From Octopus bimaculoides (lineage: Eukaryota): a stretch of DNA of 48,483 nt. Under the pieces are notes generated by a model. That model was not told the DNA's origin and ran no database searches. It worked only from the letters and a program-made list of their open reading frames with translations. This document shows, in pieces, positions 1 to 14,400 of the stretch. Positions within the stretch are counted from its first letter, which is position 1. Each line of letters begins with the position of its first letter. The position numbers and the translations under genes are program-made. The stretch is taken from assembly GCF_001194135.2 (NCBI RefSeq), contig NC_068982.1, positions 28,355,662-28,404,144 on the forward strand. Direction: 5' to 3'.

Positions 1-55
<55 letters not shown>

Positions 56-65
56 AACACACACA
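1..65. repeat. (TA)n(CA)n microsatellite
   Basis: Direct reading. Confidence 0.95.
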
Positions 66-1629
66 CATTAAGTATATTCAAGTATACACCCCGTACATAT
101 TTGAAATACAATATTCTAAGAAGCTAGTTATTTTCTCATGTTCTCATATGCACAAAAAAAAACTAGCTTCTTCATATCTTTATTACTTATTCTTCGTCGT
201 TTTTTGCAGTCTATAACGATAGGTGGTTGTCCAGCTATTATTCAGATGGCCTCTATTAACCATGTGTTCTCAATCTTGCTACTTTCAACGCTGTTTGTAT
301 CTGTTCAGTTGGAAAGATATATATACTGCTGTAGCTAACCCAGTGCTAGGGTGGAGTCAGATACACACACACATGTTGCTGATTACAACCGTTAGTCAAA
401 GTTTACAGAACGGACAGGAGACAGCTTGTCTATGTTTCTTTTGCGTTTGTATTTACGTGTATGAATATAAATTAGGGTGTATATGCACGTGTGAGTTTGT
501 CATGACTGGACAATCGTATCTGGCTCTAGCAATAAAAGGTTTCTCTATATCCTTTACTGTCATTGTTAACAAATCGAATATGAAATATGTTGTTATTGAA
601 ATATCTTATTATTGATGAAGTTTCTGACAATATTAAAAGTAGTGAAATATATTCTGATTGAATCTTTGCCAATTATAAACCGACTACCCAAATCTAATTT
701 TCGAACGTCGTAGACAATTATGAAAGTGACAGAGTACATCCCTCAATATGCTTCAAATTATCTAATTGTTTAACCCAATAAAATATAAGTGATCTGCCAA
801 ATACTATCGTAGAATTATTCAAACAACATAAACAGTCTGCCAGAACCCCACCTATTATTTCAACTGGGGATTGTGTTCCTCTTAAAAAGAAATATGGATC
901 CCAATAAAGTAAAGGAGAATTTTGAGCAAGCCACGGCTAGCAAGCATTCACTACTTCTAAAATGCAACCATACATTGCTCTGCCTTGCCAAATGAATTGA
1001 AACCAACGTATTTTCAGCCTCTAATCTTTAAAACATGATTTAGAGCGAATGTCTACGAGATCGATCGAACTACTATAAATAATAATAGCATTTCCTTTGA
1101 ATCACAAGCCTTCCAATTTAGCAATAGATACAAGCACATTAGATAGTGCATTCCTGATACATTAATTAAGAATAAAAGAGAAGATGGTTATGATTAGAAG
1201 GCCACTGCTCGATCAGCGTTGAGCCGCGACTAAAGAAACAAACTTGACATTGTAATCATTGGTTCTTCACTATTATATTCGTTGTTCATCTTGTTGTTCA
1301 CTCACAACAACCCCCTACTGGAGTTTTGCCCTCATTCTCACTCTTCAATACGACGTGCTATACAAGTTGCAACCAGCTTAAGTTCTTACAAAACAACTAT
1401 TCTGGAGGACATAATTAAAATAAATGTCTGCGGTCGCTGCCCTTTTCTCTCTGACTAAGCTGAAAAAGAACTGTACCCCTTATACTACCTTAAATTTCCT
1501 AATTAAGGTTCATATAGCGTTATTTTTTACTATATTCACTTCATTGTAGATATTGACAACCGCTCCTGCATTAGAACTCTCCCATGTACAAGTTAAAATA
1601 TTTTCGTCATACATGATAATGGTTTCATA

Positions 1630-1805
1630 TTTTGGCACAAGGCCAGCAGTTTGTGGGGAGGTACTCAACTGGTACTTATTTTATCGACCCGAAAGGATGA
1701 AAGGCAAAGTCAACCTCGGTGAAATTTGGACTCAGAACGTAAAGACGGACGAAATGCCGCTAAGCATTTTGTCCGGCGAGCGAACGATTCTGTCAGCTTG
1801 CCCCC
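1630..1805 (-). mobile_element. tRNA-derived SINE, family A (variant 3' end), diverged
   Basis: Shares tcgacccgaaaggatgaaaggcaaagt...ctcagaacgt...gctaagcattt with the copies at 9231, 37456 and 46302. Confidence 0.8.
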
Positions 1806-3750
1806 TTTACATTCTCAATAATAATAAACTCCTTCTATGAAAAAATGTCAATTTAGTATCGTTAACACCAAAAATAGATGCTGAATCTTCAAAAGGCATA
1901 TTTACAACTGTATTCCATTATTAATTGAAAAAACACAACTAAAGTGATGCTCATTACAAATGCTACATTTGCTATTTTCGACGACTTCTCATGGTAATGA
2001 CATATATTACACAAATGAGTTTCCATTCTGATGTACGTTATTTATTCGAGTATTATTGACTCTGAAAAGTAGTATTAATCGTGGTAATCATCATTAAGTG
2101 ATAATAGTGGATACTGATTATTCTCCCCGTCAGATTAAACTATTAAACAACGCTGGTGATTGTTATTATCATTGATCCTGTTGATAGTAAAGCTTTCAGT
2201 ATAACAACTGTTTTATAGTATATAAGATTCAACTAACTATTGTATTCGAATGGCTGGACGATAACGTCTAATTCTGTGTGAATAAGCTGAAGAGAGTGAA
2301 TTGATGCAGGCTAATTATTAAATACTAAATCAAGCATTTATCTCCATTTGATATTGAGTTGATAACAATAATCATGAGTTCGTTCTTTCGATATGGCGCA
2401 TCATCGAAAATTCATCACCGTATTTACTGGTACTCATTTAATCAACCTTCAAGTGATGAAAAATTAAAGTAAATCTTCATAGAATTTTAACTCAAAATGC
2501 AATGGGCCGAGACTGTATTCATTAAGTTATAATGTTTGGTGATGTAATGTTTTTGCGAATACAGTGTTTTAGTGAGTAAAAAAAAAAAAATTCTTGTATA
2601 ATGTTTAAGTGGTATTGTAATTATTTTGTTGCAGCTCTCTGTAAGAAGAATTAGTGAATAATTCATTGTTTTATTGTTAGGAGTAGAGACTTTGTTATCG
2701 CAACTGAAGACTTAATATAGACATGAAATTATTATTTTAGTAAGAAAAGAACTTTAAAAAGTTCAAAAACAGGAAGAACATCACTGGTTCTGATATTATG
2801 AACACTGAATCATCCCAAAATTGCCGGCACCCTTTTGATGTAGCCAAATATATCTTCGCAGATAAGTGTATTAATCTACACAAAGTAAGACGTTGAATGC
2901 AATATTCAAAACCTCAAGATAATGGCTTCTTTCGACAAGATACCAAACTAATTTTTATGTGGGGAGAATATAATTTCGGTATATTGTTAATAACGATTCC
3001 TCCAAGTTAATTTTTATGAAGAGTGAGTATAGTCAATTTATTTCAGTAGATTACGGATAACTATCTTAGAGGACCAGAAAAATAGATGAAAAGAATAATC
3101 GACTGCAGTAGGATTTGAACGAAAATCCCAGTAGAGGAAAATAATACTGATAAATATTTAGGTTACTGGTCTTCCTTTACAATATTAATTTCAACGAAGT
3201 TAACAGATATGACTTATTTATTATGTATTCTGTGGGGAGATTTGTTTCTTCTTATAAGTGTTACTTGTGCATAAAAAGAAAAGAAGATAAATTAGCATAA
3301 CGCAGTTAAATCTACAATTTATTGGCAAACTCCCTCTTGGAAAAAAGAGACACTTTTAATAACTAAATTTAGAAAAGAATTCTCCCATGTAAATTCAAAA
3401 AAAGATTCTCACATTGTTATTTCTTGTCTACAGTTTTTGCCTAATTCTCGTGGCAACAATGGTGGGTGTCCAATAAAAGTAGAATTTTCTGTTTTATTAT
3501 TTCTTGAAAAATCTTCAAGTCATGTTTTTTGTTCGTACGAGATAAAATTCCTTTCATGATATATCTTTAAAAAGGAACTATGATATTTATGCCAGATGAA
3601 TTGTAAATGCTTAACTTCAAACTATATAAAAACGGTGAATGCACATTTTCTTTGAAAATGAAAAAAAAAAGTTATTCGGTAAACGCAACGGAGACAATAT
3701 TTATTTAAAATAGCCATCTATATGATATACTAAATGTATACACACTGAAA

Positions 3751-3950
3751 GGCGGTGAATGGGAGAATCATTAGCGTACCGGACAAAATGCTCAGTGACA
3801 TGTCTTCCAGCTTTGCATATGAGTTCAAATTCTGCTGAGGTCGACTTGGTTTTTCAACATTTCTGGGGTCGATAAAATAAGTACCAGATGAGCACTAGGG
3901 TTGATGTAATTGACTAGCCCCTCCTATAAAATTTCATGCCTTATGTCTAT
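3751..3950 (+). mobile_element. SINE family A, diverged
   Basis: ggcggtga...ttagcgtaccggacaaaatgct...gagttcaaattctgctgaggtcgact...ggggtcgataaaataagtaccag. Confidence 0.75.
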
Positions 3951-4581
3951 CGCTGAAGGATGAAAAAAGTAGACAACGAAGGATTCTTTAGTTACATTTT
4001 TGTGACATAGAGTTTATAGAAGATACAGATTAAAATATTGAATTTAAGCATCGAATAATTTTAAATAGATCAACTCATTACTTCTTTTATGTGATCTGGA
4101 AGGATGAAAGTGGAATCCTCACAGGTTTTGAATTCAGAACATAAAGGAATATGATTCCAGTCAGTAAGGCATTATGTCCACCGCCATATAATTTCTGCTA
4201 ACCAATTTTATGAGATGAAATGCTGCTAATCTCCGCAGTGCATTTTAGAAACAACATTTGATACAAAATAAAATTGCATCAAGAAAAATATTTCTTTATG
4301 AATCGTAAAATATAAACATCGTGTAGGAAACGAAAAGGTTAGAATGCCTAGTGAAAATAAACCTGATGTTTGGCATAGAATGAATAAATAAAAAAAGAAT
4401 TTACCAGTTTTTCATCGCCTACTTATGGCTTCGGCTTAGATCTGTCATGATCTTTAGGACTCAGAATGTCTTTCACATACACTTAGAATCTGATTTAACT
4501 TGATTTAACAATTTACTTAGATCTCTTTTACGTTATGGTATGGTTTAACTTTGTAGATTTGAGGCGAGAACATCGGTAGGT

Positions 4582-4697
<116 letters not shown>

Positions 4698-5708
4698 TAA
4701 CCAGATAAAATTTATCATATAGCCTTTTATGTTGTTACTTATGTGGGTTTTTCTGTAATTAGGGCATGTGTCACCCTATGTTGTGGTATCACTTCTTTTA
4801 TTTATGTTACACGACTATCTATGTTGCTGTCATGGGAATGAATCATATGACCCCTACTGCTATGTAATAACTTTTGTAAGGTTATCATTTGGGAAATTTT
4901 TAACTTTTTAATATATGCTTTTGCATTACTTTTTGGTTATTTTGATTTCTTTTCTGGACATGTACTGAATGCTTGCCTATATTCGAACTAAAAACATGTA
5001 TTTCTAAATTGACACCAGTACCGCTATTGCGCATTAGACAACTAACATTGTTCGAAACCAGCTTGGTGTTCTGTACATGTCCAGGAATAAGATACCTGGT
5101 AGCAATCGGAGATCCAACTTATCGAAACATAGCTTAATTTAAATATTAAGAAAATGCTTAAAATATGACTTTAATTGTCTGAAATGTCATAATTACTTCT
5201 TCAACTATAAGTTTATAATATTAAATAGTTAATATACTAGATGAAGACCTTCATTTGAAGAACAGGAGGGTGATTGTGATAAACGCTGTTTACTCCTCAG
5301 AGATTAAGCTCTTACTAATCTCCCCGGGATGGTCTCCAATTTTCCTTTTCATACGTAACAAAAGACGAATCAATACATTTACCTAGAGCAACAAATTGTA
5401 ATAAATGTTTCCATTTTATTGTGTTTAAAATATTTCTGGAAGTGGTATCAGACAATTACCGGGTTATTTTGTATACCAAAAATTTGAAATTTTGTATCTT
5501 TCCTGTATGATACCATTTAAAAATATGAACTTATAATTTTCCTTTGTACATATCGTTCGTATACGTCGGTATATATTTTCTGGGCGAAACATTATCGGAT
5601 AGTGGCTGTCATAGGTAAATGTTGAATACTCAGATGTGGCACATTATCACAGCATTATAAAACAATTGTAGTTGATTGAAAAATAACTTTAATACATATC
5701 TATCACTT

Positions 5709-5714
5709 TTTATT
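5709..5714 (-). terminator. Possible polyadenylation signal of the SLC16-like gene
   Basis: AATAAA on the minus strand about 340 nt after the stop; another at 5415-5420. Weak evidence in such AT-rich DNA. Confidence 0.2.
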
Positions 5715-6056
5715 GCCGTTGAATGGATGAAAACTCAAGTAAACCCCGGTAGAATTTCAATTTCTGGCAAAAAACGTAAAGCAATGTCGTCCAAGCTGTA
5801 TCTTTTCTCCTACACCAGAGGACACACACACACGTATACAGAGTTGTTGTTTTTTAAAAATAAAACTGAAGCTCTCGACTCAAGTTCCAAGCAACTGCGA
5901 TTATCAAGCGGAATTCACACACGCACACATACATTTATAAACATATATACGAGCTGTACGTGAACGGGAATTTGTTTGCATATCATTAGTTCATTTGCTC
6001 GTTGAATGGAGATACATTAAACGTGACAATGTCAATTATTCCAAGTTTCAGTTGTT

Positions 6057-6244
6057 TCAAAATTTCTGATTAAGATCAACATCCGTTTTACTTTCATTGA
6101 TGCCTACCTTCGAATTGAGATGGAAACACTTTCGAATAGTATTAAAGTTAATTTGAATGATCAAAACTGCCATGACTATTATAGACGTTATACCCATAAT
6201 TTTGAAGAAATAATCAAACGTGTGTGACATCTCGACAATGTAGC
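6057..6244 (-). CDS. SLC16-like terminal exon F (TM12, C-tail, stop)
   Basis: Acceptor tttactttatag|GC, phase 1: (G)YIVEMSHTFDYFFKIMGITSIIVMAVLIIQINF...NQKF*; TGA at 6059-6057. Confidence 0.85.
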
Positions 6245-9200
6245 CTATAAAGTAAATAAATAAACACATGTTATTACAAAGGATGTGAATACAGATTATA
6301 TACAGTTTACATGTATTTATAAATAGAATGTATTGACATTTAATTTTATCTGCTGTATATATTTTTATTATTCAGGCAAGGCCGACCGGTAAATATGATA
6401 TTAAGTTAATAAAAATCGTAAGGAATGATTTCTGGTTGAGGAAATATTAGCAGGAACAATTTACAAAGGAGCCAACATCATTGAATAGCTTAGTCAAAGG
6501 AAACATTATGATTGGGGGAGATAACTGGTGTGGGGAATACTGATACCTGTAGAACGTAGACTTGTTCCAAAAGCTTACAACGGACTGAATTCCTTTAAAA
6601 GAAGCCAAGAATCGTTAACGATGATTGAAAGTGCCTTGAAGGATAGTCAGAGACTGGGTTAAAAGGCCCGGCAGAATCGCTAGAACGTAGTTCCAAATAA
6701 CTGACAGAATCTTTAGAGCGTATATCAACATTGCTCTCTTTACTCTTTACTCAGAACCGTGAGACAGATAAAAAGAAAAAGAACAACAAAGAAACTGCAC
6801 ATGCACACTTGAATATCAAGAAAAAAATTCTCTTAATTTTATGATGATTTAGAAATATTTACCTGCAATAAGTCCAATAAATAGGTTTCCTGCACCACAC
6901 GCCGTTTCGCCAAATCCTATGGCTGACGAGCACTTCTTTCCACCGATAATATCCAAGACGACGACACTGTGGATTGATAAAACGAGGCCAGAGAAAAATC
7001 CAAGAAGAAGTGTGCCGATCAGTAACATCATGTAACCGTGTAGGATTGGAATAAGTATCATCGTTGCCGAAAATAACACACTGTTGACAATATACAGTAA
7101 CATACTGGTGATGAAGTGGACTCGGATTACCTTTGGTATAAAACGAAATGTATGCATTAGGGACAGAAAAAAAAATCAATCAATATACATATGTATATCT
7201 ATAGATATAATATATGCGTGTGTATGTATATATATATATAAGTACGTAAACATACCTTCACGCGCGCGCACACACAGAGGCGCTCATGTACACACGTTCA
7301 TGTACACACGTTCATGTACACACGTTCATGTACACACGCTCACGCACAAAAAACACACACATATAAAGTATAGGAGTATTAAATGAAGCAATAGCCATCA
7401 GGCGGCGAGCTGGCAGAAACGTTAGCATGCCGGGCGAAATGCTTAGAGGTATTTCGTCTGCCGTTACGTTCTGAGTTCGACTTTGCCTTTCATCCTTTCG
7501 GGGTCGATTAAATAAGTACCGGTTATGCAATGGGGTCGAATGTAATTGACTTAATCTCTTTGACTGTCCTTGTTTGTCCCCTCTATGTTTAGCCCCTTGT
7601 GAATGTGTACAATGAAATAAGTATCTAACGTTTCGGATTAAACACCTTTTCACAGAAAAATTTAGGAAAAGTAGATAAAAAGAAATAAGAATGATAACAA
7701 ATGCATACACCACACACACACATATATACATACCCAACACATACACACACACATATAAATGCGAATTTGAATATATTTATACCACACACACACACACACA
7801 CTCATATATATAGATGCATACACACATGCACATACACATATTAATATATATGTATATGCATGCACACACTCTCGCACACAAGCATGCTCACTTATATGTA
7901 TACATATATGCATATACACACTTGTTGATCTAATATGATCACCATTGACATTTAGAAAATATAGTCAACAATGCGTGTACAAAATTTAAGCCTAGTACAG
8001 CCAGCATAAAATCGAAAGAAGTCTTATTACAAAATGACAGGCGCCCAGAGACAATAAAAAAACAAGATGTCCAATTCGGCAAACTTGACAAACTATTTTG
8101 CTAAAACAATACTTCCCGAGAGACATGGAAGTTATTTGGTACCCCAGGCATTCTATTCTTAGAGATTTCTGAATCGATGGAAACCACAGACAAACTCGTT
8201 ATTTTTAATGCATCAATAAGAATTTCTAAATCACTCTAGCAATAGACGTTTCGTATTTCGATCTAGGATAAGATTTCAAATAAAAATATACTATGTCAAT
8301 AGGCATTATTTTCTGTTGTAATTCTTATTATTCAACATAATACTTAGGATTCAACTTATTTATTATATTTATTTTGATTCAACACACAAATTTTGGCAGA
8401 GGTGGTTAAAAAGTTCGCTTTGTAATTATAAATTCCGACTTCGACATAATTGTCTCGGCCTGGAGAAGTATCTTCTATCACAGCAATGGCTGAATCCTGT
8501 TTCATATGTGAAATGGGTAAGATGAACATTGTGTAGATGACCGTCAGATATACCGCGTCAGTGTTTGGCTGTTAGACGTCGCCAAGTTTAACATCACCAC
8601 CTGATCAGTGGGTGAAGTCAGCGGACGTTACACTGTTGAAAACTGTTAGAATGTCCTTTAAATAAAGGTAATGGGTATTGCCCTTCCCCCTTTGATAAAG
8701 CCTAAAATGAAATAAAAAATGGAATTATGTGATCTGTTCTCATATAAGAGGATCGAATCTCTTTATTATAGGGCAATAAAATAGTCATAAGAAAGCATTA
8801 AATTAAAAATGTGTTATCCAATATGAGAGACACAAACTCTATAGTTGACTATTCAGATGAAGCCATGTAAATAGTTTATTCCGAAACAGAAGGAGAATGT
8901 TGTTACACCGTGTATACCTTATTTAAGAAAAGAATTTGGGCAGACGGGCTTGATTAATAGAATTAGGTTTCATATTGGACATTGAGTTCAAAATAAAACA
9001 AGTAGAGGGAATTATAGGAGGATAGATTTTGTGTTGATCAAAGAGCAATTATTAGTATAATAGTGCCTTATAATAGTGCTTTCATGAGTGGCATAGATGT
9101 CACATCTTATATCTCATATTTGAATGTGCAAAATCCAATATTTCTGTAATACATGTCCAATTTTGTTATATTTCTGTTTTAAAGTTTATAAAAATGAGAA

Positions 9201-10890
9201 TAATTATAAGTAATGAAGATATATATATATTTCTTTATTGCCCACAAGGGGCTAAACATAGAGAGGACAAACAACGGGATTAAGTCGATTACATCGACCC
9301 CAGTGCATAACTGGTCGACCCGAAAAGATGAAAGGCAAAGTCGAATTCGGCGGAATTTGAACTCAGAACGTAACGGCAGACGAAATACTGCGAAGTATTT
9401 CGCCCGGCGTGCTAACGTTTCTGCCAGCTCACCGCCTTGAAAGTATTGGAGATATATAACTACAAAAATGATAACAGAATCCTTCAAGTTTCCAGTCAAA
9501 GTTCTTTGCTATATATTTTCCTTACCTGGCTGCATACCAAACGTCCCACTATATCTGCAGAGCTTTCTACGGTTAAAATTGTAACTGCTAAAATTTTGTT
9601 ATAGTTTCTGGTTTCCATAACAGCCGGCAGTACATAAATTATTGTCGATATACAACCGCTTATAAAGATGAGTGAAATGGTGTAGAATACAAAAGTTTTG
9701 TCTCTAAACATAAAATATAGAAAAAAAGAAAAGAACTCATTCTGCAATGTAAGTGAAAAATGAATGACATGTAAAAAGGTTGTGAGACACTGGTATATCA
9801 CATTTAGCAATGTATCATTGTCCACGATACATTAGTTAGTGACTACTTTAATCTATGTTACAGTGAAATCTGTGTTACAAGAAAAGCAATGATCTTTTAC
9901 CTTAAAAGAAATATAAAATTATGATTAGTTAGAAATGAATTCGGAGCCAACCCTTATAAACTGTCTTTAAGTGTAACCTTGTAAACGTGTATTACATACC
10001 TTACTTTGAGTCCGTTCGAATATGCCAAACTGATTTCAAATTTATTCTTCAATTTAGTATAGGCACTAAGTTTAATAATTTAATAATCTATATTTTGACG
10101 CTTGGTGCAGATCAGGGGTGACCTCCGTATGGGAGGAAACCTCAATAAACTTTCGATTCCTAAGAAGCAAATATTTCACACCGTTTCAATGTGTAACGCC
10201 CCGGAAAAGGGCATGGTATTCAACTTTAAAGGAAGCAATATACAGCTGAGAAAATTTTTTTCGCTCAGATAAAGAAATAAAATAAAATAAATACGAAAAA
10301 CAAACAAAAGACAAATCAAACAGTTTTTTGCTAGTAACTATCTTAGATAATGTGCTACATATTCGTGATACATAGGCAAAAACCGAAGCACTTAGGTTTA
10401 AGTGTTCTGCCCTGAAGCGCAAATAATGTTGGTATGAACTCATGAATAGGTTGTTGGTTATAAGCTATTTTTAGCTTTGATATATANNNNNNNNNNNNNN
10501 NNNNNNNNNNNNNNNNNNNNNNNNNNNNNNNNNNNNNNNNNNNNNNNNNNNNNNNNNNNNNNNNNNNNNNNNNNNNNNNNNNNNNNNNNNNNNNNNNNNN
10601 NNNNNNNNNNNNNNNNNNNNNNNNNNNNNNNNNNNNNNNNNNNNNNNNNNNNNNNNNNNNNNNNNNNNNNNNNNNNNNNNNNNNNNNNNNNNNNNNNNNN
10701 NNNNNNNNNNNNNNNNNNNNNNNNNNNNNNNNNNNNNNNNNNNNNNNNNNNNNNNNNNNNNNNNNNNNNNNNNNNNNNNNNNNNNNNNNNNNNNNNNNNN
10801 NNNNNNNNNNNNNNNNNNNNNNNNNNNNNNNNNNNNNNNNNNNNNNNNNNNNNNNNNNNTATACATATATAAATAGATAAATAAATATAA

Positions 10891-10928
<38 letters not shown>

Positions 10929-11279
10929 TATATATATATAAACCTATTTCGAACACGAACCACATGTCCATAAAGTTGAGCAAAAAAAAGCAGAAAAAAA
11001 GAAAAAAAAATATTCCGACACTGTGTCGTATAACGAACTGTCAAAATGTAACAGATCAAGGGAGAAAGAAAATAAATACTGTTTTATTAGATAAAAGGAA
11101 TAAACAAATGAAAAGCTGGTGATGCAGATTTGTCCTAAGCTCCTCATCTCATCCTATAATCCCTGATAATAATGAGCTGAGATTATTCAAGATACCACAC
11201 GCAGGCACACTGTGTTATATATTTTTCTCACTCCTTACCAAACCAATTATTTCTTCTCCTCTTCTGTCTCTCTCTGTCA

Positions 11280-11337
<58 letters not shown>

Positions 11338-11340
11338 CAC

Positions 11341-11427
<87 letters not shown>

Positions 11428-14400
11428 TATGTATAGTAATTTTATATATTATTGTATTATGTATTTATATATTTATGTATGTTTGAATATGTATCCCGCT
11501 CTGAATAAATATCTCCGTCTTGTTTGCGTGAATATAAATAAAAATACCAAACCAATTAATGTCTTCTCTGCAAACATAATTAATACAGTTCTGTTTTTTA
11601 TTTGCAATTAAAACTATAGTTATGTCATAGGCATTGTCAATTATTAGAAGACGTTTAATTCATGCCAGTTCAAGGGATGTGTTTGTCCAAGTTCTCTGTA
11701 CGGTTTTAGGCTGCGATCTATTCAACCATGCGCTATCACGCCCCGCATCACACATTTTAACAGTAATTCAATTATGAAGTTAGACAAAGACTTACAGTTG
11801 GTATAGTATCTTCGTTCTATCTGCAAAATCAACTTTTCTTTTATAGTTTAATCAAAAGCACTCACAAACTTTTATAAAGACTTTTAAATAAGTGGGGAAA
11901 ATGAGGAGGAAACGACAATTAATCGTTTGCAGCAATGGGATATCAGATTGTGCATATGACATGAATATTGCTAACAAACTGGATCCCGACTCAAGACACC
12001 CAAAGACTAGGTGGTCGTGAGAAGCTCGGTGACGGATTAAGTTTCTATAACATAAATAATGATAGCAATCCATTGTCAGTAGTTGATAATATAAAGATTT
12101 TGAACACTTCTTCTACCTTACAATATGTGTCGCTACCAAGTCAAAAACAGTACTTTAATGATGCTTACTGTATTTGTAGAGATACAGGGTAAGAAAACGA
12201 TTCACTCATAACCCAGCATTTTCATCTACTAGGATTTTGTATATAAGTAAGTAGTTTTAATTTCTAGTTGTAAATGTTATATAACAAGTGTTTCTTTTGT
12301 AGGGCAACATTGAAACATTACAAAAATGTTGAATGATAGGCCAGTTGACATTTGTTTCTCTTATGTCGGGAGTTTGAATTTTTTTAATAGATCAGCAAAT
12401 TTCACTCTACATTAGAGGTTGGATGAAGACTTTAATTTATTTACTTAGTTTAATAGCTAGTGCTTTTGCTGATAACAGTAACGAAAATTACGCTTGTATA
12501 TTCCTGTGAAAAAGCAAGAACTGTATCTGGTATACGTGTTTCAAATACAGTAATAAAATGTGGATTTCTCAGTCGAAGGAAAAACTATGGTGTTTGAAAT
12601 AGTATGGAAAGAATTGCCATAAGTTGTTGTTGGCACTCCGTCGCTTACGACATCGAGGGTTCCAGTCGATCCGATCAACGGAACAGCCTGCTCGTGGCTG
12701 AGCACTCCACAGACACGTGTATCCTTAACGTAGTTCTCGGGGATATTCAGCGTGACACAGTGTGACTTTGAATTACAGGCACAACAGAAACAGCAAGAAA
12801 TAGTGAGAGAAAGTTGTGGTGAAAGAGTACAGCAGGATTCGCCACCATCCCCTGCCGGAGCCTCGTGGTGCTTTTAGGTGTCTTCGCTCAATAAACACTC
12901 ACAACGCCCGGTCTGGGAATCGAAANNNNNNNNNNGCCTCGTGGTGCTTTTAGGTGTCTTCGCTCAATAAACACTCACAACGCCCGGTCTGGGAATCGAA
13001 ACCGCGATCCTATGACTGCGAGTCCGCTGCCCTAACCACTGGGCCATTGCGCCTCCACATTGCCATAAGAAACCACCGACTTATAATCTGGTGCTATAAG
13101 TACAACACTGGATTAAGACAGTCAATTCAATTGACAAAAGTATCAATGTACATATGGCTTTCTATTAATTCCATGTGAATTATCCTGGATATTGTTTAGC
13201 TTATAACTATGAGACTAACTTTTTGTGTAAGCAAATATTTGTTGCGACCACATTTCTTTATAAAGCTCCATAATGTAAACAGCGTTTTTAAGCCATTGAC
13301 TGAAACGCCGAGTGTCATATAACTAAGTTTATCTTAATCTTCTTTCTTTTTTATTTTATTGCACACTCTTTAATTTAGAATATCGAACTGGTCTTTGTAT
13401 AACTGATGTTAAATAATTCTTTTAACTGAACTGCATCTTTGACGAATTTCTTTAATTTTATCTGGAATCAAGTACTGTGTGTCAGAATCCACGTGTAAAC
13501 TTTATGAAAGTTCCTAACAGTTCAGTAATTAAGGATTTTCTTCCCCTTTTCTTCCACCACATTTCCTTTGTTTTTTTTTCTATCAGAGTTCAAATTCTTG
13601 TATCATCCCTTTAATGATCCTAGGTGAAGTACAAGTCTTCATGTGACAGCAAAGAAACAAAAAAACCCCTCCAAAACAAACAAAAAACAATAGCAAAAAA
13701 GACCTACAAATTTCAACAATTTTTTATGTCCGTAAAGGAATGATATTCCATAGATGTTTAAGCTCTTCTAAACTGGAAGATAGCCAGAACTATGTAAGAT
13801 TATTTGTGCTTAATCTCTCCGTAATTGACCATGAAATAAACTACAGCGACATGGGTTGCATTTCTAGACAGAGTATTTAAAGGCGAAGCAAGAACATCGA
13901 AGAGGGTTAAATGACAACTGCACAAATTTATAATTTTAAAAGAGCAGAGGCAATTGTAATAATGAATACTAAGGATACTTGAAAAGGGCTGACTAATTAT
14001 GGTGATGCTTTTCGTTTTCTTAGTTCAGTGTTTCCTATTTTGATGTTATGTTTTTAAACTTTTATTCAATTACTTTCTATTCCCATTCTCTACTCCCATT
14101 CTCTGAAGATCAATGTTTGACGTCACCAAATGGAAACATCCAAATTTCGGTATTGTTTTATAGTATTAATAATTTAACCTAAATTGTAATAGTTACCAAA
14201 GGAAGTTTAATCTAAGTAACAGTAGAAAAGTAACGAAACAATGCTTGAAAGTAGACTTACCTGAATATTGATAAGTGAAACCAAACATTTTTTTCTGCTG
14301 ATAATTTGCATGAGGTCTTATTATTCATATTAGCATCTAAAGGCGTTATGAGTAACGTAAAGACACACGAGTTCAACAAAACAGCACTCATCAACCAAAA

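Noticed and set aside
187-263. Minus-strand mini-ORF MVNRGHLNNSWTTTYRYRLQKTTKN ending AA|gtaata in phase 2, like a first exon of a downstream tandem paralog
   Set aside because: Too short and the donor is mediocre; indistinguishable from chance without the neighbouring window or RNA data.
138-615. Plus-strand ORFs with a signal-peptide-like stretch (MASINHVFSILLLSTLFVSV)
   Set aside because: The frame stops after 30 codons, there is no usable donor and no recognisable homology.
6430-6720. Possible decayed RTE LINE 3' end in the last intron
   Set aside because: Only vague similarity; no reliable motif.
7284-7340. Short regular repeats as a CRISPR-like array
   Set aside because: Contiguous tandem units with no spacers, in eukaryotic DNA with no cas genes.
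11852-12192. ORFs in intron C-D as an extra transporter exon
   Set aside because: Exons C and D already join in frame to give LSIFRDKTFVFY, the expected pre-TM7 sequence; no family motif is present here.
12860-13002. Direct duplication of about 66 bp within the SINE on both sides of an 11-N gap
   Set aside because: Identical sequence either side of a tiny gap is typical of unmerged contig overlap; the homolog at 32663 has one copy.
12990-13058. tRNA-like sequences with A/B boxes (also 32980-33046 and 39560-39630) as tRNA genes
   Set aside because: They are SINE heads continuous with SINE bodies and TSDs; no complete cloverleaf.
13700-13990. Possible Penelope RT relic (RAEAIVIMNTKD, like KADKG.AIVIMN) with a short inverted match to 23142-23157
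   Set aside because: Too decayed to support by eye; needs a translated profile search.
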